A stretch of 64,000 nucleotides of DNA from IMG/VR virus record IMGVR_UViG_3300011947_000001, positions 1-64,000 of that record; one strand, written 5' to 3'. The notes beneath the pieces are model-generated. The model searched no databases and was not told where the DNA came from. It saw only the letters and a list, made by a program, of their open reading frames with translations. The position numbers were made by a program, and so were the translations under genes. Below, piece after piece: positions 29,821 to 41,051 of the stretch (positions are counted from its first letter, which is position 1; every line of letters begins with the position of its first letter). The DNA is from a virus (lineage: Duplodnaviria > Caudoviricetes).

Positions 29821-31125
29821 TTATACTCCCACACCAAACTTTTTATAAAAGCTTACAACTCGATCATCAACAATTACATCCTCATATTCCAACGGTTTAG
29901 ATAAAATCAATTTATCCAATGTTGTCGCACGTGATAAAGCTACATATAACATACCAGTTGCAAACGCTCCCTTACTCATATCAATATATAAGTTCTGAAT
30001 TGTTGCGCCCTGTGATTTATGAATTGTCATACTCCAAGATAATTTAATTGGCAATTGCCGATATGATCCAACAATGCCGTTTTCATACTTTGATTCTCCA
30101 CCTATAAATGATTTAGAAAGGCCATATTCATCCCATTTAGCATACTCAATTTTAATATCTTTTTGACCATCAAAAAGATCAACAATGATATAATTACTAC
30201 GAAGATCAGTTATTTTACCAATACTGCCATTTACGATACTTGGAGTAAGATTTTTACAGACCATGATTTGTGCACCGACTTTAAGTTTTAAAGTCTGATC
30301 AACAGGGAAGTTATTTGGATTAAATTTCCCCTCCACAGTTCCATAATATGTCATTAATTCAGAATCAAGTTCAGCTAATTTGCGATTATTAGTAACATTA
30401 CTAACTTCATTGTAGGGTGTAATCTGAACATAATTATCAGGTGCTACATGTTCATAACGACAAACTTTATTAAGAATGTCAATCGCAATATTGGCTTTGT
30501 AATCCCGACGGATAGCAGATAGCACTTTAACAAATCGTTCGTCTTTCTGACGCATTACTTTTTTCAACATGATTAGTTCGAATTCATTTTTTTCAATGAC
30601 TTCTTGCATTACATGTGAATCAAAAAAATATTCAGAATCATACAACTCCATGTATGCTTCCATTACAACACGATCGTTACCCACAATAGGTGATAACTGA
30701 CAAAGATCGCCAACAATTAATACAGGGATGCCACCAAATGGCACATTTTGATTCATTGATAATCGCAATGATGAATCAATTGCATCCATAACATTAGAGG
30801 ACACCATTGAAATTTCATCGATAATGATCAAATTTGTCATTCGCAAAAATTTACAAACATCAGGTTTCAAACGAACAATATCGTTTTCCGTCAAAAATGA
30901 AGGAGGGAACTTAAAAAATGAATGTATTGTACGACCACCAATATTAACAGCAGCCAAACCCGTTGGTGCTAGTAATAAAGAGTTAGAAACCAGTTTTCGA
31001 ATATAGTGGATGAATGTCGATTTACCAGAACCAGCTTCACCAGATACAAACGTTACAGCATTCTTAGTGATTGATTGTATGGCTTGTCGGTATTCATCAA
31101 ATACTACTACTTCTTCTGACATCAA
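29821..31125 (-). CDS. Pif1/RecD-like SF1B DNA helicase
   Basis: GEAGSGKS, LAPTGLAAVNIGGRTIHSFF, IIDEISMV, GDLCQLSP, MRQKD, TIHKSQG, YVALSRA. Confidence 0.92.
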   Translation of the reverse strand: MMSEEVVVFDEYRQAIQSITKNAVTFVSGEAGSGKSTFIHYIRKLVSNSLLLAPTGLAAVNIGGRTIHSFFKFPPSFLTENDIVRLKPDVCKFLRMTNLIIIDEISMVSSNVMDAIDSSLRLSMNQNVPFGGIPVLIVGDLCQLSPIVGNDRVVMEAYMELYDSEYFFDSHVMQEVIEKNEFELIMLKKVMRQKDERFVKVLSAIRRDYKANIAIDILNKVCRYEHVAPDNYVQITPYNEVSNVTNNRKLAELDSELMTYYGTVEGKFNPNNFPVDQTLKLKVGAQIMVCKNLTPSIVNGSIGKITDLRSNYIIVDLFDGQKDIKIEYAKWDEYGLSKSFIGGESKYENGIVGSYRQLPIKLSWSMTIHKSQGATIQNLYIDMSKGAFATGMLYVALSRATTLDKLILSKPLEYEDVIVDDRVVSFYKKFGVGV

Positions 31126-31796
31126 GCATCTCCCAACATATTCAAATCGATCATGTTGAAATTGATTTCTGCTTCTTCCAGTAAACGTCGAGTCACTGTA
31201 AAAGTGTCAGAATGTACCGACCATGATTTGCTATTTCCGCCTGTAGAATCGCACATTACAATACGTTTCACACCTACTTGGATAAGCGGTTTAACACAGT
31301 CAGAACATGCAGGTAGACCATAAACGTATACTGTTGAATTGATCAAAGACACACCATTTCGACATGCATTCGCAATCATGTTTACTTCGGCATGTGTAAC
31401 CATTGATAACTTAATATGCTTCACATACAAACGCCAATCATCTTTGATATTTCGTGGGAAACCATTATATCCTTGTGAGATTACTTGACGATCGCGCACG
31501 GCCACACAACCAACTTGTTTTTTTGGGTCTTTTGACCATGTAGAATATTCACGTGCAAGGCGCATGAATCTTACATCATAGTCTGGTTTGTTGTCATACA
31601 TTGATGAATTAAAATAATCAAATGTGGCTATCAGATCATCATCATTTAAATCATTTAATTGCTTTAATTCACTAACGTCTAAATTAAAGATGTTATCAAA
31701 ACCAGTGTTGGTAATACCATCCATTTTTTGTAATCGCTTATATAAAAGCGATGCTGCATCTTCTTTCGTCTTATTTGACATATTTGTTTTTGCCAT
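31122..31796 (-). CDS. cd: dCMP deaminase
   Basis: SKDP, GYNGFP, HAEVN, PACSDC. Confidence 0.92.
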   Translation of the reverse strand: MAKTNMSNKTKEDAASLLYKRLQKMDGITNTGFDNIFNLDVSELKQLNDLNDDDLIATFDYFNSSMYDNKPDYDVRFMRLAREYSTWSKDPKKQVGCVAVRDRQVISQGYNGFPRNIKDDWRLYVKHIKLSMVTHAEVNMIANACRNGVSLINSTVYVYGLPACSDCVKPLIQVGVKRIVMCDSTGGNSKSWSVHSDTFTVTRRLLEEAEINFNMIDLNMLGDA

Positions 31797-31908
31797 TTAC
31801 TCTATGTGTGTACATATTAGCACAACTATAAAATATGTATACACTATTCAACAAAAAAAGCCCTTGATTTGGGCTTTTTTTCATCAAATGTTTTACCGAT
31901 TAGAAAAA

Positions 31909-32334
31909 TTAATTAATATTCAAATGGATACTATAAACATATTTCATATTCATCATATTAAACAAATCAATAAGTAGTTCGCGACTATTAGCTGGTAACT
32001 TGGCAATATTAGAAGCTAATTCCATCATCTTTGTAGAGAATACCAAATAGTTGTCAACGCTATACTTTTCAATCGCAATATTTTTGTCGTATGGAACGTA
32101 TTCTTTAATTAAAGTTGACAATAGATCATTTTTCATAAAACTTTGTATAATCAAATTGATAATCAAGTTGGCTGATTCACCATAATAATCATATTTGATT
32201 TGGTAGCATAGATTTGACACATCATCATTAATTATACCCTCATACGTATATGCATCACTCCATGATACGGAACAGAATAACCCGATTGAATAATAATCTT
32301 TTCCAAACATCTCCACCAAATCAGATTTGACCAT
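31909..32334 (-). CDS. hypothetical protein (141 aa)
   Basis: ORF track. Confidence 0.7.
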   Translation of the reverse strand: MVKSDLVEMFGKDYYSIGLFCSVSWSDAYTYEGIINDDVSNLCYQIKYDYYGESANLIINLIIQSFMKNDLLSTLIKEYVPYDKNIAIEKYSVDNYLVFSTKMMELASNIAKLPANSRELLIDLFNMMNMKYVYSIHLNIN

Positions 32335-32335
32335 T

Positions 32336-33661
32336 TTAGATTCCCTTCAGTAAATCAATATACAATTCACGTTCATTTGTTGATTGTAATTCACTCAACT
32401 TAGTATTAAGCCCATCAATGATCACCTTCAATTCTTCAACCTGATCTTGAGTCATATTGTATACTGGGATCGATACCAGTCGATTAGCCACTTCATCAGG
32501 CACATCATATTGGGTTTTAACCAGTTCAACCAATTCGGCTTTACTATGTTTCATAATCGCAATCTTATTTGAGATTACATCAGTAATAAAGTTCAATTTA
32601 GCATTACACCAGTTCAGGTCTTTTTCAATTCGCTTAATTTCATAATCGATATATTCACGAACCTTCCCAATACGGAATTCAACAAATTTGTTGATGATAT
32701 CGACCTTGTTTTCAAACATCATCAATTTACCTTGTTCATCCAAGGCATTGTAGTTTTCCGTGATTGCTTTTTCCAAGCTGAAGTAATCGATCGGGTCTTT
32801 GGCACACTTCGCATCTTGTACACTATCAGTTTTGATCAAGAAATTGAATCCAGATTCATCACAACGATCTTCAAAATCAGCAATCTTTTTCTTTTCAATA
32901 AGGCTGCTTAGGACTTTGAAATATTTTTCGCGGTCATAACCATATGGAAGTTCTGTGATTTCCCACTTATTACGACCAACACGATTAACCACGCCTTTAG
33001 TGATTACTCGCTTGTGATTAGTTGGATCATGTTCAATTGTACCCTTGAAATGTGGAATTTTGATGGATAACTTATAATCAGATTTCAGTTTTCCGTTTGC
33101 AGCTTTAATCGTAGCCTTCAGGATATCTTTTGGATCATGTGGTAAATATTTACATGCAAAACCAACAGCAATCCCCTCAATCCCATTCACCAGAATCCAC
33201 GGGATTAATGGAAGGTATTGTTGCGGTTCTGGATTATCCACATCAATATTTGGATTACATACTTCATTATGAATAAAGTATTTTTTGAATTCTGGATTTA
33301 GATCACAAAAGATATAACGTGGTGCTGCTGCTTCCTGAATCAAGCGTGAGCCAAAGTTACCGTATCCCCTGAAGATTGGTATGTTATTACTCCAATCGGC
33401 CGCCAGCGTCACTACAGCACTCATAGCAGAACCTTCCGCATGGTGATAGTTATAGCTTGGTAAAGATGAACCCAGTTCAGCAACTTTAACTTTTTTGCCT
33501 TTGAATTGAGTGACCATTGCATATAATAACTTTCTACCAGAAATCTTCAAACCATCAACATAACTAGGTAAAGCCCGATTTTCAATCGTGTACATAGCAA
33601 AAGCACGGTAATCAGTATCTAATATATCAGACACTTTCTTAACAAGAATATCACTCATCAA
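32336..33661 (-). CDS. gp52: DNA topoisomerase II medium subunit (gp52, GyrA-like)
   Basis: RALPSYVDGLK, YHHAEGS, GNFGSR, AAPRY (catalytic Tyr), GIAVGFA. Confidence 0.95.
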   Translation of the reverse strand: MMSDILVKKVSDILDTDYRAFAMYTIENRALPSYVDGLKISGRKLLYAMVTQFKGKKVKVAELGSSLPSYNYHHAEGSAMSAVVTLAADWSNNIPIFRGYGNFGSRLIQEAAAPRYIFCDLNPEFKKYFIHNEVCNPNIDVDNPEPQQYLPLIPWILVNGIEGIAVGFACKYLPHDPKDILKATIKAANGKLKSDYKLSIKIPHFKGTIEHDPTNHKRVITKGVVNRVGRNKWEITELPYGYDREKYFKVLSSLIEKKKIADFEDRCDESGFNFLIKTDSVQDAKCAKDPIDYFSLEKAITENYNALDEQGKLMMFENKVDIINKFVEFRIGKVREYIDYEIKRIEKDLNWCNAKLNFITDVISNKIAIMKHSKAELVELVKTQYDVPDEVANRLVSIPVYNMTQDQVEELKVIIDGLNTKLSELQSTNERELYIDLLKGI

Positions 33662-33688
33662 TTATCCCTTAAATTTATATATGCAACA

Positions 33689-34711
33689 TTATTTACTATA
33701 TTTTAATTTACAACATTTTATATGTCTAATCATATTTGATCTTTCCCCTGCTGTTTTAGGAAACCAATTGCAATATTCACAGATAATAGGTACACAATCC
33801 CCAACAATATTATTAATATTATCGATATTTAATTTACAGTTATTTCCATGAAATCGATTGAAAGTACCTTTATTTTTTACTGACATACAACAATATTCGC
33901 ACGTTATAACTGGGTCATTCTGTCTAGCGATTCTGCTCTTATTTCTAATCGTTTCCTTTTCATCATTGGACAATGAATCCCAAACCTTATTTCTCACTAT
34001 AGTTTTAAATTCATCTGTTTTAGAAAAACTATCAACGCCATATTTCGAAATACATGTTATCTTCCGCTTATCATCAGTAATCTTCAATTTTCTTGGGTGA
34101 CACCCATACTTCATATCAAAAGTTTTACATATCTTTTTCTTGATATCATCATTAGCAAATACACATGCAACACCGTATTTCATTATATTTGTGCTATAAA
34201 CCTTATTTTTTATAACGTCTGATTGCATAGGATATGGTACACCATATTTATCAATATTAGTCATTTTTATTTTATCTTTAATATCAACTCTTTGCCATAC
34301 ATGGTATACGCCATATTTCGATTCATGAATTTTATATCTTTCGAGTATAAGTTTTTCCGATTTCATGTTGTGATCAACGCCATATTTTGCAATCATTCTT
34401 TTTTTAAATTCCTTATCGGAATGACATAAATTATAATCATTATTAGATTTATTTAACCAAACATCTGAATTAGCACAATCATGTTCTATCAAGAATTTAG
34501 TTTCCGCTTCATAGGCATCATTATTTGGATGCTCTATAATATCTATGATCTCAAATGAATCATCTCCATATTCTTTTATCAATTCATGTATAGTTTTAGA
34601 TGATGTGAAGTAAGTTTTCCAAAACTCATTTGGATTTGCATTAATAGATGTTCTACATCCATGATACATTTGTTTTGTAGGCTTAAATAATATTGTGTAT
34701 CGGTATTGCAT
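33689..34711 (-). mobile_element. free-standing GIY-YIG (Seg-like) homing endonuclease with KYG repeats
   Basis: YRYTI...MYHGCRT...YFTSS...YGDDSF...E...WLN N-terminal domain; six roughly 23-aa KYG repeats; TATAAATA late promoter at 34746-34753. Confidence 0.75.
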
Positions 34712-34819
34712 TTTATAACCTTTATGATTTTAGACTTCATATAGTTATTTATACAATTACCGATTTTTACCCATCCATTTTAAACGGTGATATCGTCTAA
34801 AACATATAAAATTAATCTT

Positions 34820-35266
34820 TCAAAAATTTGCATTGAACGCAGCCCCCAGCATTCGAAGCATGTGATGGTTTAGGTTGAAAGATGAAAGCTTATGTTCAAT
34901 CGCTTCTTTCCAAACTTTAGATTTAAGATAAATATCGTTAGCAACATATTGATTTAGTTTATTATAATCATTTAGCGGAATAGGTCGCATTAATGCACCA
35001 ACATTGACAGCTTTATTTTTATGGTATTTCAGTAAAGTTTCAGGGTCTATATTGCTTATCATGCTAGTTTTAAATGATGATGTGTGTGATCCCCATGCAC
35101 CAAAGAACATTTGTTGTTCCCATGCAATGGTTTTACGTGCCAATTTTTCAAACATACTGATTTTAACTTCATCATTCATTTTGAATTTAAATAAACGTTT
35201 TTCAATTATGCGATAAACTTCATCACTCATATGAAAGCCATCATCCCAATCCCAATTATTCATCAT
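34820..35266 (-). CDS. hypothetical protein (148 aa)
   Basis: ORF track; in the topoisomerase operon. Confidence 0.7.
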   Translation of the reverse strand: MMNNWDWDDGFHMSDEVYRIIEKRLFKFKMNDEVKISMFEKLARKTIAWEQQMFFGAWGSHTSSFKTSMISNIDPETLLKYHKNKAVNVGALMRPIPLNDYNKLNQYVANDIYLKSKVWKEAIEHKLSSFNLNHHMLRMLGAAFNANF

Positions 35267-35477
35267 TTTGAATCACCATATCTTCTAGTTGCTCATCACC
35301 AATCTTAGCTGTGTCTTTAACATCCTGAATATCGCCTGTTTCTGTATAATCCAAAGTATAAAATTTATACCGCGTCGTATAATGAACATATGACGTATCA
35401 TAACGAAAGTATGCGGAAGTTTTATTTGACTTCCGCATTTTTTGTTGATTCTTTTGGAATTGAATCAATTCACCCAT
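35256..35477 (-). CDS. hypothetical protein (73 aa)
   Basis: ORF overlapping both neighbours. Confidence 0.6.
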   Translation of the reverse strand: MGELIQFQKNQQKMRKSNKTSAYFRYDTSYVHYTTRYKFYTLDYTETGDIQDVKDTAKIGDEQLEDMVIQNDE

Positions 35478-37311
35478 TTAGAAGCCATTCCTTACGTTTA
35501 TCGGCATCATTACCAAATATCATTTTCAGCATATCCAGATCATCCAAATCTACAGCAACCAATTGTGGATTCACGATAACTGTTTCTTTATAATCGGGCT
35601 TTTCTAATGAACCTAGACCTTTAATATATGATGTATCATATCCGGCCAAATTATCTTTATCAAGATCATATTCATCAAATGTGTAAAAATATTTCGTTGG
35701 TTTATTCTTCTTTGTACAAATAAACAATGGTGTATTCACACGAACAATTCGTTGTTCTTCAAATAGTTCAGGCCAATAGCTAAAAAAGTTTAATAATTGA
35801 CAAAAAATATCCACTCCATCAGAATCGGCATCTGTAAGAATAGAAATGCGTCCATAATTTAGTATTAAGTTACCATCTTCATCGCGAATAGACTTACTAT
35901 TAATATCTAAACCTATGATACTAATAAGATCGGCTAATTCTTTATTCTTCAAAATGTCAGCAAATGACATATCAGATGAATTTAGAACTTTACCCCGCAA
36001 ACTGTAAAAACCATGATATTTTGGATCACGAACATTGGTTCCCATACCAGATGCCGATAAACCTTCAGTGATATAAAGAGTCTTATTTTCTGCAACCTTA
36101 TCATTGGCTGCAATATGTCCTGAAATCTTCTTCTTTTCAGATTTTTTCAAAGCATTAGTAGCAGCACGTTTTTCAATCGCTTCTTTTTTACGTAATATGG
36201 ATTCAATTGCTGGATCAATGATAGTTTCATTTGCAATAACTTTTTTAGCCAGTTTAATGAAATCAATATTCATAAATGATTTGATTTCTCCATTTGTATT
36301 CGTCACGCGCTCTTTTGACTGGCTATCAAATTTCAAGTTTGGGAAATTTCTAACCCAAAAAGCGATTAATAAATGTTGTTTAATCTGATTAGGCAATACA
36401 TCAATTTTCCACTTGCGCTTAATCATAGGAATCAACTCACCACATAAACCATTGATGAAATAGTCGATATGATTACCACCATTCTTAATATTAATACCAT
36501 TAAAGTAAGATAAATTACGGAATTCTTCATCATCGCCAGAAGGCGCAATAACGATATTGTAGTTATCTTCTTCAATTGAAATGGCATTATCATCAAATAA
36601 TTTACCCAGTTGAGTAGGGTTTTTGATCAAAATGCGCTCATCGTTAAAACGAAATGCAATTTTTGGATAACAGATTGCCATATTAGTCAATCTATCTTTA
36701 ATTACATCAATAACGTCTTGTTCAATTGATTGAACCCCAAATCGATTTAAATCTGGATAAAACTTAACTGATGTGCCTTTTGTTTTACATCTATTATGAC
36801 TTGTAGTTATTGTTGAACAATTTTCTTGTGTTTCAACAGTCACACATTCTGTACCATTACCTGATATACCAATAAATGATTTAGAAAAAAAGTTGGTGCA
36901 TGCTGAACCCACACCATTACGCCCAATAGTCACTCGACCATCATCATTGAAATTAGAACCTGCCCGCGGTCTAGTCCAACACAATTCGGCTTGATATATA
37001 CCGTCATGTAATTCTACTGGAATGCCAGATGCATCATCAGTCACTTCAACTGACCAACCCCAAAGAGATTCATCTTTAATCTTAACAGAAATATTAAGAC
37101 CTTCTTTAAAATTACTTCGAATGGTAGCATCTACTGAATTATCAATAATTTCTTCAATAATTTTAACCAATGCTGGAACATAATTTTTCTTTTGATACTT
37201 AAAATTGAATATATTATTAAATTCACTTTTTTGCATTGATCCAATGAAGATTTCCGGTCGGTGTAACATATACTCCCGATCATCCATCACTTTAAAATTA
37301 TTGTCAGCCAT
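35470..37311 (-). CDS. gp39: DNA topoisomerase II large subunit (fused gp39+gp60, GyrB-like)
   Basis: Start refined to ATG 37311; EEIIDNSVD, GIPV, GRNGVG, YITEGLSA, LRGKVLN, ILTDADSDG, YIKGLGS. Confidence 0.95.
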   Translation of the reverse strand: MADNNFKVMDDREYMLHRPEIFIGSMQKSEFNNIFNFKYQKKNYVPALVKIIEEIIDNSVDATIRSNFKEGLNISVKIKDESLWGWSVEVTDDASGIPVELHDGIYQAELCWTRPRAGSNFNDDGRVTIGRNGVGSACTNFFSKSFIGISGNGTECVTVETQENCSTITTSHNRCKTKGTSVKFYPDLNRFGVQSIEQDVIDVIKDRLTNMAICYPKIAFRFNDERILIKNPTQLGKLFDDNAISIEEDNYNIVIAPSGDDEEFRNLSYFNGINIKNGGNHIDYFINGLCGELIPMIKRKWKIDVLPNQIKQHLLIAFWVRNFPNLKFDSQSKERVTNTNGEIKSFMNIDFIKLAKKVIANETIIDPAIESILRKKEAIEKRAATNALKKSEKKKISGHIAANDKVAENKTLYITEGLSASGMGTNVRDPKYHGFYSLRGKVLNSSDMSFADILKNKELADLISIIGLDINSKSIRDEDGNLILNYGRISILTDADSDGVDIFCQLLNFFSYWPELFEEQRIVRVNTPLFICTKKNKPTKYFYTFDEYDLDKDNLAGYDTSYIKGLGSLEKPDYKETVIVNPQLVAVDLDDLDMLKMIFGNDADKRKEWLLNG

Positions 37312-37382
37312 TTCTACTCTCAACCTCAAATTTGAAAAATTATAGTATTTAAATATCGTTTATGTAAACATATTTAACAACG

Positions 37383-37412
37383 AAAAAAGCGATCATATAT
37401 GATCGCTTTTTT
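37383..37412. terminator. intrinsic terminator
   Basis: Perfect palindrome AAAAAAGCGATCATATATGATCGCTTTTTT. Confidence 0.8.
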
Positions 37413-37429
37413 TCAAATTTGATATTTCA

Positions 37430-37759
37430 TTATGATTCAGAATATACATCTAAGTATATACCATTATAAGTATTATTTTCACTAGAATTTAGTAAACTCA
37501 TAATACTTTCAACGTCGGCATACATCACGTCACGCAATTCAAGATGATGAAAAGTATTACCATTATAAATCATATCTTCAATTTCCATATTATGGAATGG
37601 TATTATTCCAGCCTTTGCAATTGTGTCCTTAATATATTGTAGAATTTCTATTTCCATCTCTTTCGAAAAATCAGAAGATTCAACTTGAATAGTTGTATCA
37701 TCCCCTTCCAAGAAATCATCCCAAATATTAATATTACATATCATCGAATATTTTCCCAA
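37430..37759 (-). CDS. hypothetical protein (109 aa)
   Basis: ORF track. Confidence 0.7.
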   Translation of the reverse strand: MGKYSMICNINIWDDFLEGDDTTIQVESSDFSKEMEIEILQYIKDTIAKAGIIPFHNMEIEDMIYNGNTFHHLELRDVMYADVESIMSLLNSSENNTYNGIYLDVYSES

Positions 37760-37971
37760 GTAATCAACTCAAATCCATCTTCAACTGGATCACCATCATC
37801 AGTGTAATTATTATAAAGTATACCGTCTATAACTACTATATGGGTTACATCAGAATTATCATCAAATACTAATTCACAATTATTTTCCCAAGTGATTCCA
37901 GCGCGGAAAAACATACGTTGGAATTCCATATATTCCTTCTGTGAATTAACAGCGATACATACGTTGTTCAT
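37741..37971 (-). CDS. hypothetical protein (76 aa)
   Basis: ORF track. Confidence 0.65.
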   Translation of the reverse strand: MNNVCIAVNSQKEYMEFQRMFFRAGITWENNCELVFDDNSDVTHIVVIDGILYNNYTDDGDPVEDGFELITWENIR

Positions 37972-37972
37972 T

Positions 37973-38167
37973 TTAACTTCTTCTTCCTAGTAGAATTTCA
38001 ATATCATCGGCTTCACGAACTTGATCTATGGTTGCGTCTAATTTAGCCGAACTAATTATGTTTTTTAATACTATCATATTTGATGATATTTTGTCAATTG
38101 AATAGATAAATCTATCTTTTCCACTTTTAAAAACTACAAGATGACCAATATTGAACATTCTATCCAC
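37973..38167 (-). CDS. hypothetical protein (64 aa)
   Basis: ORF track, abutting neighbours. Confidence 0.65.
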   Translation of the reverse strand: MDRMFNIGHLVVFKSGKDRFIYSIDKISSNMIVLKNIISSAKLDATIDQVREADDIEILLGRRS

Positions 38168-38467
38168 TCACTTTTGTTTAGACATTTTCTTTTCAGAAAA
38201 ACACCCAATATAGCTAATGCCTATATTTAGTGATTCTTCTTTAGACAATTCTAAACCTGTCCCAACTTCAATACGCTTATTATCCATATCTTCAGGTTTA
38301 ATAATGTCTTTACTGGATACATACACGATACATTCTTTATCTTCTACACTAAACATATAGTAATGCATCATAGACTCATCCTTCATATGATGCATTATAC
38401 CATGCCTAATCGTCACCCCAACAAATATGACAAACACAGCGATTAAAATCCAATCAATCACGCTCAT
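38168..38467 (-). CDS. hypothetical membrane-anchored protein (99 aa)
   Basis: N-terminal hydrophobic helix WILIAVFVIFVGVTI; GGAG SD. Confidence 0.7.
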   Translation of the reverse strand: MSVIDWILIAVFVIFVGVTIRHGIMHHMKDESMMHYYMFSVEDKECIVYVSSKDIIKPEDMDNKRIEVGTGLELSKEESLNIGISYIGCFSEKKMSKQK

Positions 38468-38572
38468 TTATATTTCTCCACCTATCCAACAACACATCCC
38501 AAACCGACCAAAATGTATATATCAAAACTGAAAATAGAAAAACCCCTAACATAATATTAACTATATGATTCA

Positions 38573-39292
38573 TCATTCAATCTCTATCATGGTAAGATTC
38601 GCCCAAGGATAATACGCATTAAAAACACATCCAGTATCAATAAATGCATAATTCATCCGTTCTTCAACTTTCTGATTTACTGTGTGTCCAAAATAAACCT
38701 TTTCAACACCTTCAAATGGTTTCAACTGATAATTAATATTCAAAACATTTTTTATCAATTTTCGCCCCCAAAGAACTGTATTAACATACAATTCTTGATT
38801 AGGTGAATTTAAACCTGACACAAGATCATCAAGATTTCTCCAATGGGAAGGTAAATCACCATGAACCACAAGATATTTTTTATCACCACGATTCAGAATT
38901 AACGCGATAGGCATATCATTAACGTCATTGGCTATTTTTCGCATTACATCTACTGGTAGTTTATAAAACCATTCACCACCATTAGCCACATGTGAATTCC
39001 TTAATTCAGTTTCAAGATTATTTTGACAGGCTAATAAATAATCAGAACAGAACTGTTCATGATTGCCACGAACAGCCTTAAACCAGCTTTTATAAGTTAA
39101 ATTGAAACAATCTAGTGACTTAGGGCCACGATCTACCAAGTCCCCAACCGATAAACATAAATCTTCATCATAGTTAAAACCAACATCATCGAGTTTTTTA
39201 ATCAAAACATCATAACAACCATGTAGATCACCAATAACAAATACTCGCCCTGTATTGTGTGTAATTTCCTTAACTAGATTATTCATATTCAT
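38573..39292 (-). CDS. Ser/Thr protein phosphatase (metallophosphoesterase, lambda NinI/PphA-like)
   Basis: GDLHG, GDLVDRG, RGNHE, HG, FGHT, IDTG. Confidence 0.93.
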   Translation of the reverse strand: MNMNNLVKEITHNTGRVFVIGDLHGCYDVLIKKLDDVGFNYDEDLCLSVGDLVDRGPKSLDCFNLTYKSWFKAVRGNHEQFCSDYLLACQNNLETELRNSHVANGGEWFYKLPVDVMRKIANDVNDMPIALILNRGDKKYLVVHGDLPSHWRNLDDLVSGLNSPNQELYVNTVLWGRKLIKNVLNINYQLKPFEGVEKVYFGHTVNQKVEERMNYAFIDTGCVFNAYYPWANLTMIEIE

Positions 39293-39311
39293 TCCAATAT
39301 TTTTTAAATTA

Positions 39312-39809
39312 TTATTTATCTATAATTTTATAAACATACATTTGCTTCATCCATGTTGATGTATAATTATGAACCAAGGTCTTTACCATTTCATCTATGT
39401 TTTTATATACAAATACTTTACCAACTTCACGGATATGATTTCCATCAGATTCAACTTCATATTTGAATTCATATTTCATTAGTTCAAGGCCACTATTAGA
39501 ATTATACCCAAACAGGAACCCAACCAATTCTTGCTTCAGTATATGATCAGAAATATATTCTCTATTGAAACTTTGAATCAGTCCAGAAATCACGATTTCT
39601 AACAATCGATGTCCAGAATCAATAATAAATTGTCCTTCATTATTTGGGTTCTGAAACCATTTAATAATACGTTCGATTAGGTATATTTTATAGATATCGT
39701 CATAAACCCCGATATAAGGAATCCGCCAAGTTTCAGCGGCCTTGACGGATTCAATTTCAGGAAAGTCTATTTCAAGTATGATCTTTTTTGATGACATTTT
39801 TCGTTCCAT
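39312..39809 (-). CDS. hypothetical protein (165 aa)
   Basis: ORF track. Confidence 0.7.
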   Translation of the reverse strand: MERKMSSKKIILEIDFPEIESVKAAETWRIPYIGVYDDIYKIYLIERIIKWFQNPNNEGQFIIDSGHRLLEIVISGLIQSFNREYISDHILKQELVGFLFGYNSNSGLELMKYEFKYEVESDGNHIREVGKVFVYKNIDEMVKTLVHNYTSTWMKQMYVYKIIDK

Positions 39810-39836
39810 TAAGAAAGGGGATGTAATCCCCTAATC

Positions 39837-40580
39837 TTACAAGCGATTGTTCAAGAACTCAACAATATCTTTTGATAATTTCAAATCAGCGTTGCCATTT
39901 GGCTTACATTTGATTTCGATACCTTCGACTAAGGTGCGTTCGAAATCTTTATCTCCATATTGGTGATTAATTATGCTTTTCACATCAACAACACTGACAT
40001 TTTGGTTCAGGAAGTTACGGGCAACCATTGACACTAATTGGCTTAGGGCATGTTCTGCATAACCACTGATGCGGCTACCATTTACTAGGTTGCGGACAGT
40101 GTTACGTGTTTTGTATTCAGTTTTCGGCTTATTATAATCACCGATGTTGCAGCGAAGGAATTGACGTGCGATGCTTTCATCGTATGAAGTATCTTCAACC
40201 ATGTATTCATTTACGAATGCAGTCAAAGTATCAACGTTTAATTCAACTTCTTCCATGTTGAAGTAACGACCATGACGCGGTTGATATTTCTCAACAATAC
40301 GATCAGCTTTTTGATCGCCAAGGTGTTTATGCAACTCAATTGCTTTGAAGAATTCACGCCAGAAACGTTCAAGGATGCGGCCTTTAAATACATTTTGAAG
40401 ATCAACAAGGCGTTTGTCTTTTACCGCAGACCAGATCGATGCATCTTGTGAAAACAGATTGTAAACGATATCAGCATCAAAATCAGAGTCGATCATGACT
40501 TGTGCCAGATTATTTGTTTTAGCTAGTTCAGCTTCAAATTTAGCAACAGTAGTTTCGATGATAGTAGCAAATTTATTCAT
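39837..40580 (-). CDS. hypothetical early protein, possibly DUF4942-like
   Basis: ORF; ILERFWREFF and IKCKPNGNADL are reminiscent of DUF4942 (weak). Confidence 0.6.
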   Translation of the reverse strand: MNKFATIIETTVAKFEAELAKTNNLAQVMIDSDFDADIVYNLFSQDASIWSAVKDKRLVDLQNVFKGRILERFWREFFKAIELHKHLGDQKADRIVEKYQPRHGRYFNMEEVELNVDTLTAFVNEYMVEDTSYDESIARQFLRCNIGDYNKPKTEYKTRNTVRNLVNGSRISGYAEHALSQLVSMVARNFLNQNVSVVDVKSIINHQYGDKDFERTLVEGIEIKCKPNGNADLKLSKDIVEFLNNRL

Positions 40581-40655
40581 TTTAACATCCTTCAATGTCA
40601 TGTTGTTTAACTGATAAGGTATTGTAGCATATTAAATCTAATTTGTGTATACAAA

Positions 40656-41051
40656 TTAGATTTTAATTTCGTATTTGATTAATAAATCTTCAATGGCCTG
40701 AACTGTGAAATCAGGAATTACCAAACGGCTATTTGAATCATAGTTTTCCCACACTGACTTATAATCATTGAAATTAACTTTTTCAATAAGTTTAATATCA
40801 TGGATTAACTTGAGCCAGTATCGTGAACGAATGCGGTATTTCATCACACGATGAATATTCAAAGAATTCGGTGTTTCATCTGGAAGTATATCAAGATCAT
40901 CATCGCGTTCAGTTAAAGAACGATAGATGTTAATAGGTAATTTTGCCAATTCATTAGCTGCAACCTTGGCATGTGCGATCTCGTAATCATACAACATAAC
41001 CATTTCTTGAATTTTACCACCAAAAACCTGTTCTGTAATAATATCTGACAT
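40656..41051 (-). CDS. hypothetical protein (131 aa)
   Basis: GGAG SD and upstream promoter. Confidence 0.75.
   Translation of the reverse strand: MSDIITEQVFGGKIQEMVMLYDYEIAHAKVAANELAKLPINIYRSLTERDDDLDILPDETPNSLNIHRVMKYRIRSRYWLKLIHDIKLIEKVNFNDYKSVWENYDSNSRLVIPDFTVQAIEDLLIKYEIKI

Noticed and set aside
35470-37311. T4 gene 60-type translational bypass or split topoisomerase large subunit
   Set aside because: ATPase and TOPRIM regions are in one continuous ORF
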